From: Candidatus Deferrimicrobiaceae bacterium
GTDB taxonomy: Bacteria > Desulfobacterota > Deferrimicrobia > Deferrimicrobiales > Deferrimicrobiaceae
DNA: 64,000 nt
Direction: 5' to 3'
Assembly: GCA_963792415.1 (NCBI GenBank)
Contig: CAWBVY010000006.1
Coordinates: 416,001 to 480,000 of the forward strand
Shown here: positions 30,632-41,659 of the stretch, piece by piece
Layout: the number at the start of each line of letters is the position of its first letter
Numbering within the stretch: the stretch's first letter is position 1
Translations under genes and position numbers: made by a program
Notes under the pieces: generated by a model
What the model was told of the DNA's origin: nothing
What the model saw: only the letters and a program-made list of their open reading frames with translations
The model's database searches: none

Positions 30632-30859
30632 ATGATCGACAAGGAGATGAAGATCGAGGACGTGCTCCGTCGATATCCGCAGGCGATTCCGGTCTTCGAG
30701 CGATTCGGGCTCGATTGCACCCAGTGCCAGCTCTCCGAATACGAAAACCTGGAGCACGGCGCCAAGGTCCACGGGATCGACCTTCCGTCACTGCTGAGGG
30801 AGTTGAACGAGTCGCTGACGGTGCAGGGTAGAGGGTCCGCTCAGTCGCGCAGGGAGTAG
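30632..30859 (+). CDS. DUF1858 family small protein
   Basis: IEDVLRRYP..VFERFGLDC..C....E.LE.GAKVHGID..LLRELN; GGAGG RBS. Confidence 0.8.
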   Translation: MIDKEMKIEDVLRRYPQAIPVFERFGLDCTQCQLSEYENLEHGAKVHGIDLPSLLRELNESLTVQGRGSAQSRRE

Positions 30860-31224
30860 TCGGCCCGGGCATCGTCGGATTCCCACACGGTGACGCGGGA
30901 CACGCGCGCCGGCGCCGGGACCGATTTCTCCATTTCCTCGTACAAGTGGCGGGCGAGATTCTCCGACGACGGGTTCATACCGTCGAACGGAGCGACTTCA
31001 TTCAGGTACCGGTGGTCGAACCGGGAGAGCAGGTCGTGAAGCGTCGTCTTCAGGGTCCGGAAGTCGAGGGCGATCCCGCGTTCGTCGAGCGTCGGGGACT
31101 CCACCGTGACCTCCACCTGCCAGTTGTGGCCATGCAGCCGCTCGCAGTTCCCGTCGTACTCGCGCAGGTGATGGGCCGCCGCGAAGGACGTTCGAACGGT
31201 GAGGGCATACAAACCGGTACTCAT
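30841..31224 (-). CDS. queD: 6-carboxytetrahydropterin synthase
   Basis: FAAAH, CERLHGHN, FDH.YLN, PSSENLA, VWES. Confidence 0.94.
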   Translation of the reverse strand: MSTGLYALTVRTSFAAAHHLREYDGNCERLHGHNWQVEVTVESPTLDERGIALDFRTLKTTLHDLLSRFDHRYLNEVAPFDGMNPSSENLARHLYEEMEKSVPAPARVSRVTVWESDDARADYSLRD

Positions 31225-31850
31225 CGATCCTCCATGGGCGAAAGGATGATCCTCGATTTCGATGCGGCGCGGGTTTGCCAGTTTCGGATCTCCTGCGCGA
31301 TCCGGGCGTCGAGCATCTCCTGCCGGACTTCCTTCCAGTTCGGGCTCGCGTCGTTCCCGGGGGAGGAAGACTTGCGCGCAACCTCCTTCCGCACGTCTTC
31401 CCTCTTCACATCGACGAATACGGCGACACGGCGGTTGAAGAAATCCCGGAGGAGCAGTTGCCGGCGGATCCATTCCCGGGTTTCCCCCGTGGAGATCTCC
31501 CGCTTGCAGGGGGACGGGCACGCGGTCATCCGGGACTCCGCCTCCCGCGCGGCTCCCTCCAGCGCCACGTTGTCCACCGCCCCGAGAAGAAGCTTCCGCT
31601 GCTCCTGAAGCGCCAGCGTGTCGAGGATCAGGCGATCCCGCGCCTCGTGGAGGGAAAGAATCTCCGCCCCGGTCCCGGGCATCGCGGCGCACCCGAGGAA
31701 GCACGCCTCCCGCACGACCTCGGAGACGAAGAGCACCTCGCCGTTCACCGATGCGGCGGTCGACTCGTAGACCCGGTATCCCTCGGCCGCGCGCCCCTCC
31801 CCGGGGGAAAGGAACAGGAGGACCAGGAGAATCGGAACGGCGGGATTCAT
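31221..31850 (-). CDS. Exported hypothetical protein, SurA N-terminal domain-like
   Basis: Signal peptide, AASVNGEVL, helical body; ATGA-type overlaps with nadC and queD. Confidence 0.6.
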   Translation of the reverse strand: MNPAVPILLVLLFLSPGEGRAAEGYRVYESTAASVNGEVLFVSEVVREACFLGCAAMPGTGAEILSLHEARDRLILDTLALQEQRKLLLGAVDNVALEGAAREAESRMTACPSPCKREISTGETREWIRRQLLLRDFFNRRVAVFVDVKREDVRKEVARKSSSPGNDASPNWKEVRQEMLDARIAQEIRNWQTRAASKSRIILSPMEDR

Positions 31851-32667
31851 GGCGACAGTTCGAAGGAGATGTCGAAGGCGGGGGCCGAGTGGGTGATCGC
31901 GCCCACGGCGACGGCGGCCACCCCCGTCCGGGCGTACTCCTCGATGTTCCCGAGGTGGATCCCCCCGGACGCCTCGAGGAAGACGATCCCCCCGAAGCGG
32001 GCGACGGCCTCCCGCACCATCGACGGCGGCATGTTGTCGAGGAGGACCGCGTCGGCCCCCGCCGCCACCGCCGCCGCAACGTCCGGTATCGTCTCCGCCT
32101 CGACCTCGACGCGGAGGAGGTGGTGCGACGCCGAACGCGCCGCGGCGACCGCCGGGGCGATCCCCCCGGCCACGCGGATTCCGTTCTCCTTGATGAGGAT
32201 CCCGTCCGAAAGGGAGAACCGGTGGTTCGTCCCGCCCCCCACCCGGACGGCGTACTTCTCGAGAACCCGGAGCAGCGGCGTCGTCTTCCTCGTGTCGAGG
32301 AGCTTCGTGCCGTGGGCCGCGATCCGCGAAGCGTAGAGGGACGTCGCCGTGGCCACGCCCGAGAGTCGCTGGAGGAAGTTGAGGGCCACCCGCTCCGCCC
32401 TCAAGAGGGAGGCGGCCGGTCCGGACGCTTTCCCGACCTGGTCCCCGCGGGCCACGCGGCACCCTTCGGGGGAAAAGGAAACGGAAACGGACGGGTCGAC
32501 CTGACGGAACACCTCCGCCGCCACCGGTCCGCCGCACAGCACCCCGTCGCCCCCCGCCAGAAAAAGGCCCGACGCGTCCCCCTGGAACGCCTCTCCGAAG
32601 GGGTCGCCGAACGGGGCGTCCTCGCGCAGGGCCGCACGGACGATCTCCTCGTACAGGTGACGGGGGA

Positions 32668-32671
<4 letters not shown>
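31847..32671 (-). CDS. nadC: Nicotinate-nucleotide diphosphorylase
   Basis: ERVALNFLQRLSG, DTRKTTP, HRFSLSD, EVE, LLDNM, EASGG. Confidence 0.95.
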
Positions 32672-35322
<2,651 letters not shown>

Positions 35323-35409
35323 CGGTGAAAACGCTCCATGGTCGGAAATGCGGTGCGAGGGCGTCCTGACGCTACCGCCCGGACGCAGGCGGGGCGAAAG
35401 GCTACCGGA

Positions 35410-36681
35410 TCAGGAGGAAGGCTTCCCGGCCTGGCGGCGTATTCGGGCGATCTCTTCGCGGATGAGCGTTTCCGCCGTGGACGGGATCACCTCCCACGCG
35501 ACGGTCTCGACCGACTCGCGAAGCTTCGCGGAGAACTCCGCAGAGAGACGGTCCGTCATCTCCCACATCACCTTCTCCACCGCCTCGGAGGCGACGGTCC
35601 GGAAGATCTCCTCGGCGCGCCCGGCGAAGAATTCCCTTAGTTCCGCGTCGCCCGGCCGGGACCCTGCGTCGGACGGGGCGATGAACGTCTCGGGGGACGC
35701 GGGGCGGGACCCCTGGACGGATTCTCCCGCAAGGACAGGCACCGGGCCGGCGTGTTCCGCAACGGCAGTCTCCTCGGCGACTGGCGCCGGGACGCCGGAC
35801 TCCGCGGCGGCGGGCGGCGCGGAGACCGGTTCGTCGACGACCGTTCGCGCGGTCTCGTGCGAAAGGATCCGGAGCGAGGCAGGTGCATCGGTAGAAACGG
35901 TGTCGGCCGGCGGCATGGGAACCTCGATGTCCTCGAGAGGTTCGACCTCCTCGACCTCCTCCACTTCGTCCAGCGCCGGCGAAAGATCGGTCACGGGCGG
36001 CGGAGAATCCGCATGGAGGACGCGTTCCACGTGTTCGAACTCCGGCGCGGCTTCAGGCGGGGGCAAATCCGAGGGGAATTCGCGCGTGCCCCCTTCGATC
36101 TCGTCGATCGACACATCGAACTCGTTGAAGGTGGAGGGGACCTTGTCCCCCCCGGTGAAGATCGCCCCGGAGAGGAGCCCATCCCCCCTCGCCGGCGGGG
36201 GCGCCGCGGATTTCCCCGCCTCGGCCTCGACCTCGTCCAGGACATCGCTGAAGTCCCAGCGCTCGTCGACCGCGGGCGCCTCTTCCGCTTTCGGGGACTC
36301 CGCGACCTGCGCCCCTTGGTGAAGAAGCCGCTCGATGCTCTCCAGCAACTCCCTGGACTCGAAGGGCTTGAAAAGGACGCCTCTGGCTCCAGAGGCCTTG
36401 AAGCGCGCCTCGTCGAGAGGGACCATGGTCCCGGAGAGGATGAGGACGGGGATCTTTTCGGTCTTCTCCATGGCGCGGAGTTCCGCGGCAACGGCAAAGC
36501 CGTTTTTCCCGGGAAGGGTGAGGTCGGCGACCACGAGGTCGGGGAAGATCTCGCCCGCGAGGCGGACGGCATCCTCCCCGTTGTCGACCGCGGTGATCGC
36601 AATGTCCGAACGGGACAGGGCGAGCTCGAACACCTTCCGGATCGTCAGACTGTCTTCCGCAAGAAGAAGCTTTTTCGGCAT
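35410..36681 (-). CDS. romR: RomR-like response regulator (receiver, acidic Pro-rich linker, C-terminal AWEVIP helix)
   Basis: N-terminal REC (LLAEDS, VADLTLPG, KPF); C-terminal VAWEVIPSTAETLIREEI resembles Myxococcus RomR C-domain; upstream of valS. Confidence 0.75.
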   Translation of the reverse strand: MPKKLLLAEDSLTIRKVFELALSRSDIAITAVDNGEDAVRLAGEIFPDLVVADLTLPGKNGFAVAAELRAMEKTEKIPVLILSGTMVPLDEARFKASGARGVLFKPFESRELLESIERLLHQGAQVAESPKAEEAPAVDERWDFSDVLDEVEAEAGKSAAPPPARGDGLLSGAIFTGGDKVPSTFNEFDVSIDEIEGGTREFPSDLPPPEAAPEFEHVERVLHADSPPPVTDLSPALDEVEEVEEVEPLEDIEVPMPPADTVSTDAPASLRILSHETARTVVDEPVSAPPAAAESGVPAPVAEETAVAEHAGPVPVLAGESVQGSRPASPETFIAPSDAGSRPGDAELREFFAGRAEEIFRTVASEAVEKVMWEMTDRLSAEFSAKLRESVETVAWEVIPSTAETLIREEIARIRRQAGKPSS

Positions 36682-36705
36682 GGTCACCCCCGCTTGTCCT
36701 ACATA

Positions 36706-38958
36706 TTAAGTAGATTCAAGCATCTTTTCAACCAGCAGGAAATCGACCTCGCCCCGATCGGGGTCCGCGCGCCGCACCCGCACGCGCACTAGGTCGCCAA
36801 GCCCGATCCGGCGTTTCCGATATTGCCCGACCCACTCGATCCGGTCCGGCGAGAGCCGGTATGCATCGTCCCGGAGCGTCGAAACGTGAACCATCCCGTC
36901 GATCATGGAGCCTTCAAGCTCAACGAAGAATCCCGTGGAGACGAGGGAGGAGACGGCCCCGTCGAAAGTGCGCCCCACCTGCCCCGCCATGAACAACGCC
37001 TTCGCCCGCTGTTCGAGCGCCCGCTCCGCCTCCGTCGCCAGTCGCTCCCTTCCGGAAAGGTGGCTCCCGATCTCCGGTCCCTTCTCCTGCAGGGTCCGAA
37101 GGGAATCGGCCGATCCCCGATCCCCGAGCGCCGCCTTGAGCACCCGGTGGACGAGGAGGTCCGGGTAGCGGCGGATCGGTGAGGTGAAATGGGTGTACCG
37201 CGAGAGTGCGAGCCCGAAATGCCCTTTCGTCTCCGGGCCGTAGCGTGCGAGCATCAGGCTGCGCAGGAGCATCCTGTGAACCGTCCGCTCGAATTTCCCC
37301 CCCCGCGCGAGTTCCGCCCACGCCTGGAGGAGGGAAGAGGCGTCGCGGCGGTCTGTGGGCCGGGAACGGCGCAGAAGTTTTCCGGCCGCCACCTCGAACT
37401 CCTCGATCTTCTCCAAAGCAGGCTCCTCGTGAATCCGGAAGAGGAAGGCGTCGCCGCGGCCGGACAGGTACTCGGCCACCGCCGTGTTCGCGAGCAGCAT
37501 GAACTCCTCGATCAGGCGGTGGGATTCGTATCGTTCCGACGGCTTCACGGAAACCGGCATCCCGTCCACGACGGCGATCTCCGCCTCGGGAAGGTCAAGG
37601 TCAAGGGCGCCGCGCCCGAAGCGCGCAAGGGTCAAACCTCCCGCGGCCGTCGCCATGTCGCGCAGCATCCGCCCGATCTCCGCCGTGATCTTCGCGCCGC
37701 CGGGTTTCCCCCCCTTCCCTTCGAGGGTACCGGTGCCGAGAAAAGAGTGGACCTCGCCGTAGGTCAGGCGCGCGCGGCTCCGGATGACGGAGGGGTGGAA
37801 GGACGGAGTCCCGGGAGTCCCCCCGGGCCGGATCGGGATTTCGACCGTCATCGTCAGGCGGTTCACGCCGGGCTTCAGGCTGCACACCCCCTCCGAGAGT
37901 TCCGGTGGCAGCATGGGAATGCAGCGATCGGGGAAGTAGACGCTGGTGCCTCGGAGGTACGCCTCCCGATCAAGATACGACCCCGGCTCGACGTAATGGG
38001 CGACATCGGCGATCGCGACAAACAGGCGGAAGCCGTCCCCCTCCCGGACGAGGCAGACGGCGTCGTCGAAGTCCCGGGCATCCTCCCCGTCGATCGTGAC
38101 GAACGGAAGATCCCTCTGGTCGACCCGCGGGTGCGCCTCGTCCCCATGGCACACCCCGCCACCGCGGGCGGAAAGGCGGACCGCCTGCGGGACAGCCCCC
38201 GCCGCCTTCAGGGCGGGGTCCGGAAACGTGACCGGAAGATCCATCGCGGAGGTCACCGCAAGGAAGAGGGTCTCCATCGTGTGCGACTTCCCGAGGGCGC
38301 GTACGACGCTGGCGCGCCCCTCCTTCCCCCCTTTGGGGTATTCGGTGACCTCCGCGAGGACAAGGTCCCCGGGTTCCGCCGAAAAATCCTCCGGGAGGTC
38401 CACCTCGAGGAGCAGGTCGGACTCCCGGTCGCGGAACCGGACGAAGAAGCGGTTCCCCGTCGGCGCGTACCGGCCGACAAACGTCCGGATCCCTCGCTCG
38501 AGGATCCGCTCGACCCGCCCATACGACAGGCCGCCGGCGCGCCGCCGATCGAGCCGCACCACCACCCGGTCCTTGGGCCATGCCCCGGAGAGGGAGTGTC
38601 CCGGAATCCGCACGATGGGGGTATCCGGATCGACCGGAATCACGATCGGCCGTCCCTCGCGCGTGAAGCGCAGGCGTCCCTCGACGGTCCGGCCTTCGTC
38701 CGCTCCCCGTCGTTCCCGCGGGGAGCCGTACGGCGTCCCCTCGCCGAAAACCCGACCCTTCCCGCGACGGGGCGGCTTCTTCTCCCGTTTCCCCCTCACT
38801 CCATCCGGGTTCAGCGCCTTCAGCGCCGCCTTGAAGGCGCGCCGCTCGCCCTTCTCTACGCCGGCCTCGCGGTACCACTCCTTCACCGATGCGCGAGACA
38901 CCTCGAGCGTCTTCGGGCGCTGCCGGAGCCACCGTTCCCAATACGCCTGGTCGCGCAT
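36706..38958 (-). CDS. rnr: Ribonuclease R (RNB family)
   Basis: TIDGEDARDFDDA, IEEFMLLAN, HFGL..YTHFTSPIRRYPDL, C-terminal S1; start uncertain (38958, 38973 or 38988). Confidence 0.9.
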   Translation of the reverse strand: MRDQAYWERWLRQRPKTLEVSRASVKEWYREAGVEKGERRAFKAALKALNPDGVRGKREKKPPRRGKGRVFGEGTPYGSPRERRGADEGRTVEGRLRFTREGRPIVIPVDPDTPIVRIPGHSLSGAWPKDRVVVRLDRRRAGGLSYGRVERILERGIRTFVGRYAPTGNRFFVRFRDRESDLLLEVDLPEDFSAEPGDLVLAEVTEYPKGGKEGRASVVRALGKSHTMETLFLAVTSAMDLPVTFPDPALKAAGAVPQAVRLSARGGGVCHGDEAHPRVDQRDLPFVTIDGEDARDFDDAVCLVREGDGFRLFVAIADVAHYVEPGSYLDREAYLRGTSVYFPDRCIPMLPPELSEGVCSLKPGVNRLTMTVEIPIRPGGTPGTPSFHPSVIRSRARLTYGEVHSFLGTGTLEGKGGKPGGAKITAEIGRMLRDMATAAGGLTLARFGRGALDLDLPEAEIAVVDGMPVSVKPSERYESHRLIEEFMLLANTAVAEYLSGRGDAFLFRIHEEPALEKIEEFEVAAGKLLRRSRPTDRRDASSLLQAWAELARGGKFERTVHRMLLRSLMLARYGPETKGHFGLALSRYTHFTSPIRRYPDLLVHRVLKAALGDRGSADSLRTLQEKGPEIGSHLSGRERLATEAERALEQRAKALFMAGQVGRTFDGAVSSLVSTGFFVELEGSMIDGMVHVSTLRDDAYRLSPDRIEWVGQYRKRRIGLGDLVRVRVRRADPDRGEVDFLLVEKMLEST

Positions 38959-39082
38959 CCGCGTCTCCTTCACGTCGAAATCCTCCACCCATCATACCGG
39001 CGGGAATAATTTACGGGTCGCTTTTTGGGGATTGCCGCGACGGCCGGTTTTGCGTTACTCTTCATTCCTCCGCGGAATGCGT

Positions 39083-39169
39083 GCCGAAGTGGCGGAACTG
39101 GCAGACGCGCCAGATTCAGGGTCTGGTGTGGGCAACCACGTGGGGGTTCAAATCCCCCCTTCGGCACCA
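39083..39169 (+). tRNA. tRNA-Leu(CAG)
   Basis: GCCGAAG acceptor stem, anticodon arm CCAGA-TTCAGGG-TCTGG, long variable arm, GTTCAAATC, encoded CCA. Confidence 0.96.
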
Positions 39170-39391
39170 TCCTTCGCTCCTCATCGCAAACGTACCCCCG
39201 TGTTATCGGAGCTTCCTCCTCCGCTTAAGCTTCGGAGGACAAGACGGATGGCAAGGCATCCCGAGCGAAGGATGCCCTCCGCAGCCCTGGCCGGGGTTTC
39301 TTTCCCGGGTAGGGCGCAGGAGGGCACTCTTGCTGAACATCGGGGATTTGAACGCGAGCTCGACGACGACGAATCCTTCCTTCGGCACCAT
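39170..39391. mobile_element. Putative non-autonomous 221-bp hairpin element at the tRNA-Leu 3' end
   Basis: CCTTCGGCACCAT at 39158-39170 repeated at 39379-39391; nested inverted repeats in between. Confidence 0.5.
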
Positions 39392-39530
39392 GACGATCGC
39401 GAAGGGATCCGGAGGATAACCTGCAGTCTTTGAAAATCGCTCCGGACTGCGGAAACCGAAAGGGCGGGTTGCCCCGCCCCCGATTAGAGATCACCCGCTC
39501 ATCGGGCCGGGGATGGCCTACCCCCCCCCG

Positions 39531-39725
39531 TTAAAAAATACTTTGGATGGAACGCTCCCTGAGGATGAATATGTTTGAATCCATCGACGACGTTGCATAT
39601 ATCTTTTGGGCCAAACGCAACATGTCCAAGGCGTTGTCATTCCGCTCTCCCCTCCTACGATCCACCACCTTCCCGATTCGTTCTGTCTTATTGGTCTCAA
39701 TGCGATAGACGGTGTAAGTCTTCAT
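39531..39725 (-). CDS. Small hypothetical protein (64 aa, MKTYTVYRIE...)
   Basis: ATG 39725 preceded by GGTGGGA; protein-like composition; AT-richer region. Confidence 0.55.
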   Translation of the reverse strand: MKTYTVYRIETNKTERIGKVVDRRRGERNDNALDMLRLAQKIYATSSMDSNIFILRERSIQSIF

Positions 39726-39756
39726 ATCCCACCATCCTGTCCCGACCTTTAGAAAG

Positions 39757-39960
39757 CTACGAATCCCCGATTTTCGATATATCCACAAGCAGCGATTTGT
39801 AGGATATTTCCATAACATGGCCCACTTGATAGCCCAACGAAACGACATCCGATGGATTGTGGCAAAGTTGATCACCCAACGAAAATACACCCGATGGATT
39901 GTAGTAAAGACAGGGGAGAAACAACATCAGCAAGGCAAGGAATATCTTCGAAAACTTCAT
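39757..39960 (-). CDS. Small hypothetical protein with hydrophobic N-terminus and 14-aa tandem repeat
   Basis: GGAGA RBS; MKFSKIFLALLMLFLP; 42-bp direct repeat at 39826-39903. Confidence 0.4.
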   Translation of the reverse strand: MKFSKIFLALLMLFLPCLYYNPSGVFSLGDQLCHNPSDVVSLGYQVGHVMEISYKSLLVDISKIGDS

Positions 39961-40191
39961 TTCTCCGTTCCCCCATTGATGCTTTTTCCCTAATTATTCA
40001 TGCATCAAGGGGAAAAAATGCAATATTCGAACCGATGAATAGCGTGTTTATAACCAACGGAAAGTTATAACGATTCAGCTATCAGGAAGATGTACCTGCG
40101 GAAGAACTGGGACTTTATAGGGAAATATTTACCGAGAAGTTCCAAGCGCGCGAGGGGAAGCCTGGAAAATGGGACGGTACCCGGTTACACG

Positions 40192-40410
40192 TCATCTACC
40201 GGCCGTTTTGTCGCTTGCCCCGGAGGATCCACAAAGGTCTTCGAAGAGAAATACCAGCCTATCCTTCTGGGTTCCTGCTTCCTCCACGATCCTGGAACAG
40301 ACGCCGTTCCTAAACTGCATGGATCCGAAACCAAGACCTGCAAAAACCACCAGAACCGCTGCCAAAACGAACTAAAACAGATAATCTTTCATTATCAGAT
40401 ACCCCTTCAT
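40192..40410 (-). pseudogene. Small membrane protein ORF interrupted by in-frame TAG
   Basis: GGAGG RBS; MKGYLIMKDYLF*FVLAAVLVVFAGLGFG...; TAG at 40372-40374, final TGA at 40192-40194. Confidence 0.45.
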
Positions 40411-40945
40411 TTCCTCCCCCCTCCTTCCTGAGGGTTCGGTTCGGATGCCCCCATTTTTCACGATTATAAGGTTCCGGGCCGACGGAGGAAGTTTCCTCAA
40501 CGGAAAAAAACAGGCAAGGAGGGCAAGAGGGGGCCCCTGCACCACGCACACGAGGGCGAGTGCGACTGGGAACGGAAGCAGCGGATCGGTTCTACCGGTT
40601 GGGTTGATCCGAAAGCGTTGCGGATGGTCGATGTCGAGGGATTCCGTGCCGCCGTATATCCCAAGCAGGGCTGCGATATCGATATTCGGCGGAATCGTTT
40701 TCGTTACGTTCTTTGACAATCGCTCGCGAAGGCAGCATTAAGAAGGACGGAGCCGATGGCCCCGTCCTTGTCCCACACCGGGTGCCCCGCCATGAAATGC
40801 CGTGGGGCAAGGCCTGGCTGGCCGGCCCCACTCTCGGACGAATTGCGCTCCCTGGGGTACCCCGCAACGAATAGCCCGAGGGGCAAGCCTCATGGCAAAT
40901 CCTCCCTTCCCTCGACGTTTCCCCTTTGAGCGGGATTGCGAACCC

Positions 40946-41644
40946 TTATGCTCGAGGCTGCAATGGCGCGCGGATCGTGGCTTCACATCCGCCCCCGGGG
41001 CCTTTCGCCAGTTGCAGCGTCCCCCCCGCCTGCTCCACAAGGTGCCGCGCGACCGGGAGCCCCATGCCCATGTGGATCGGTTTTGCGCGGGTGGTGAACC
41101 CGACCTCGAAGATCTTCCCCTCGATCCCCGCGGGAATCCCCGGCCCCTGGTCGCTCACCGTGAATTTCCACCCGGCATCGTCGATGGACACTCGCACCGC
41201 AAGTTCCCCACCCGTTTCCGACATGGCCTCCGCGGCATTGAACAGTATCGCGAGGAGCGCCAGCCCGAAATCCCCCCGGTCGGCGCGAAGGAATCCCTGG
41301 GGAATTTCCGGAATCGGCAATACGGTCACGTTGCCGCGGCCGAGGTCGTACCGCGAGAACCGGAGGATCTCGGGAATCATCTCCCCGGGGACGAACGGTT
41401 CCGGGGAGGGAGCGTGCGGATCCACATACCGGGAGAAGAGATGGACGATCGCCCCGATCTTCTCTCCGGCGGAGAGGATCTTTCCGGCGCCGTCCCTGAT
41501 TTTCTGCTCTTCCCCCGCCGCCAACTGGATCAACTCGGAGAAGCCGAGCACGACGCTCAGGTGATTGTCGATCTCGTGGGCCACGCCCTTCACCATGCGC
41601 CCGAACAGTGCGAGCCGATACTGCTCGACGACCTTCCGGTCCAT
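40946..41644 (-). CDS. Histidine kinase (HisKA + HATPase_c, no sensor domain)
   Basis: VAHEIDNHL H-box, FNAAEAM, SDQGPGIP, GFTT, GMGL. Confidence 0.88.
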   Translation of the reverse strand: MDRKVVEQYRLALFGRMVKGVAHEIDNHLSVVLGFSELIQLAAGEEQKIRDGAGKILSAGEKIGAIVHLFSRYVDPHAPSPEPFVPGEMIPEILRFSRYDLGRGNVTVLPIPEIPQGFLRADRGDFGLALLAILFNAAEAMSETGGELAVRVSIDDAGWKFTVSDQGPGIPAGIEGKIFEVGFTTRAKPIHMGMGLPVARHLVEQAGGTLQLAKGPGGGCEATIRAPLQPRA

Positions 41645-41659
41645 CGGACCTCCCGATTC

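Noticed and set aside
39330-39391. Possible GIY-YIG nuclease remnant (GFERELD) inside the tRNA-linked element
   Set aside because: Too short, with no GIY/YIG motifs or start codon; not supportable.
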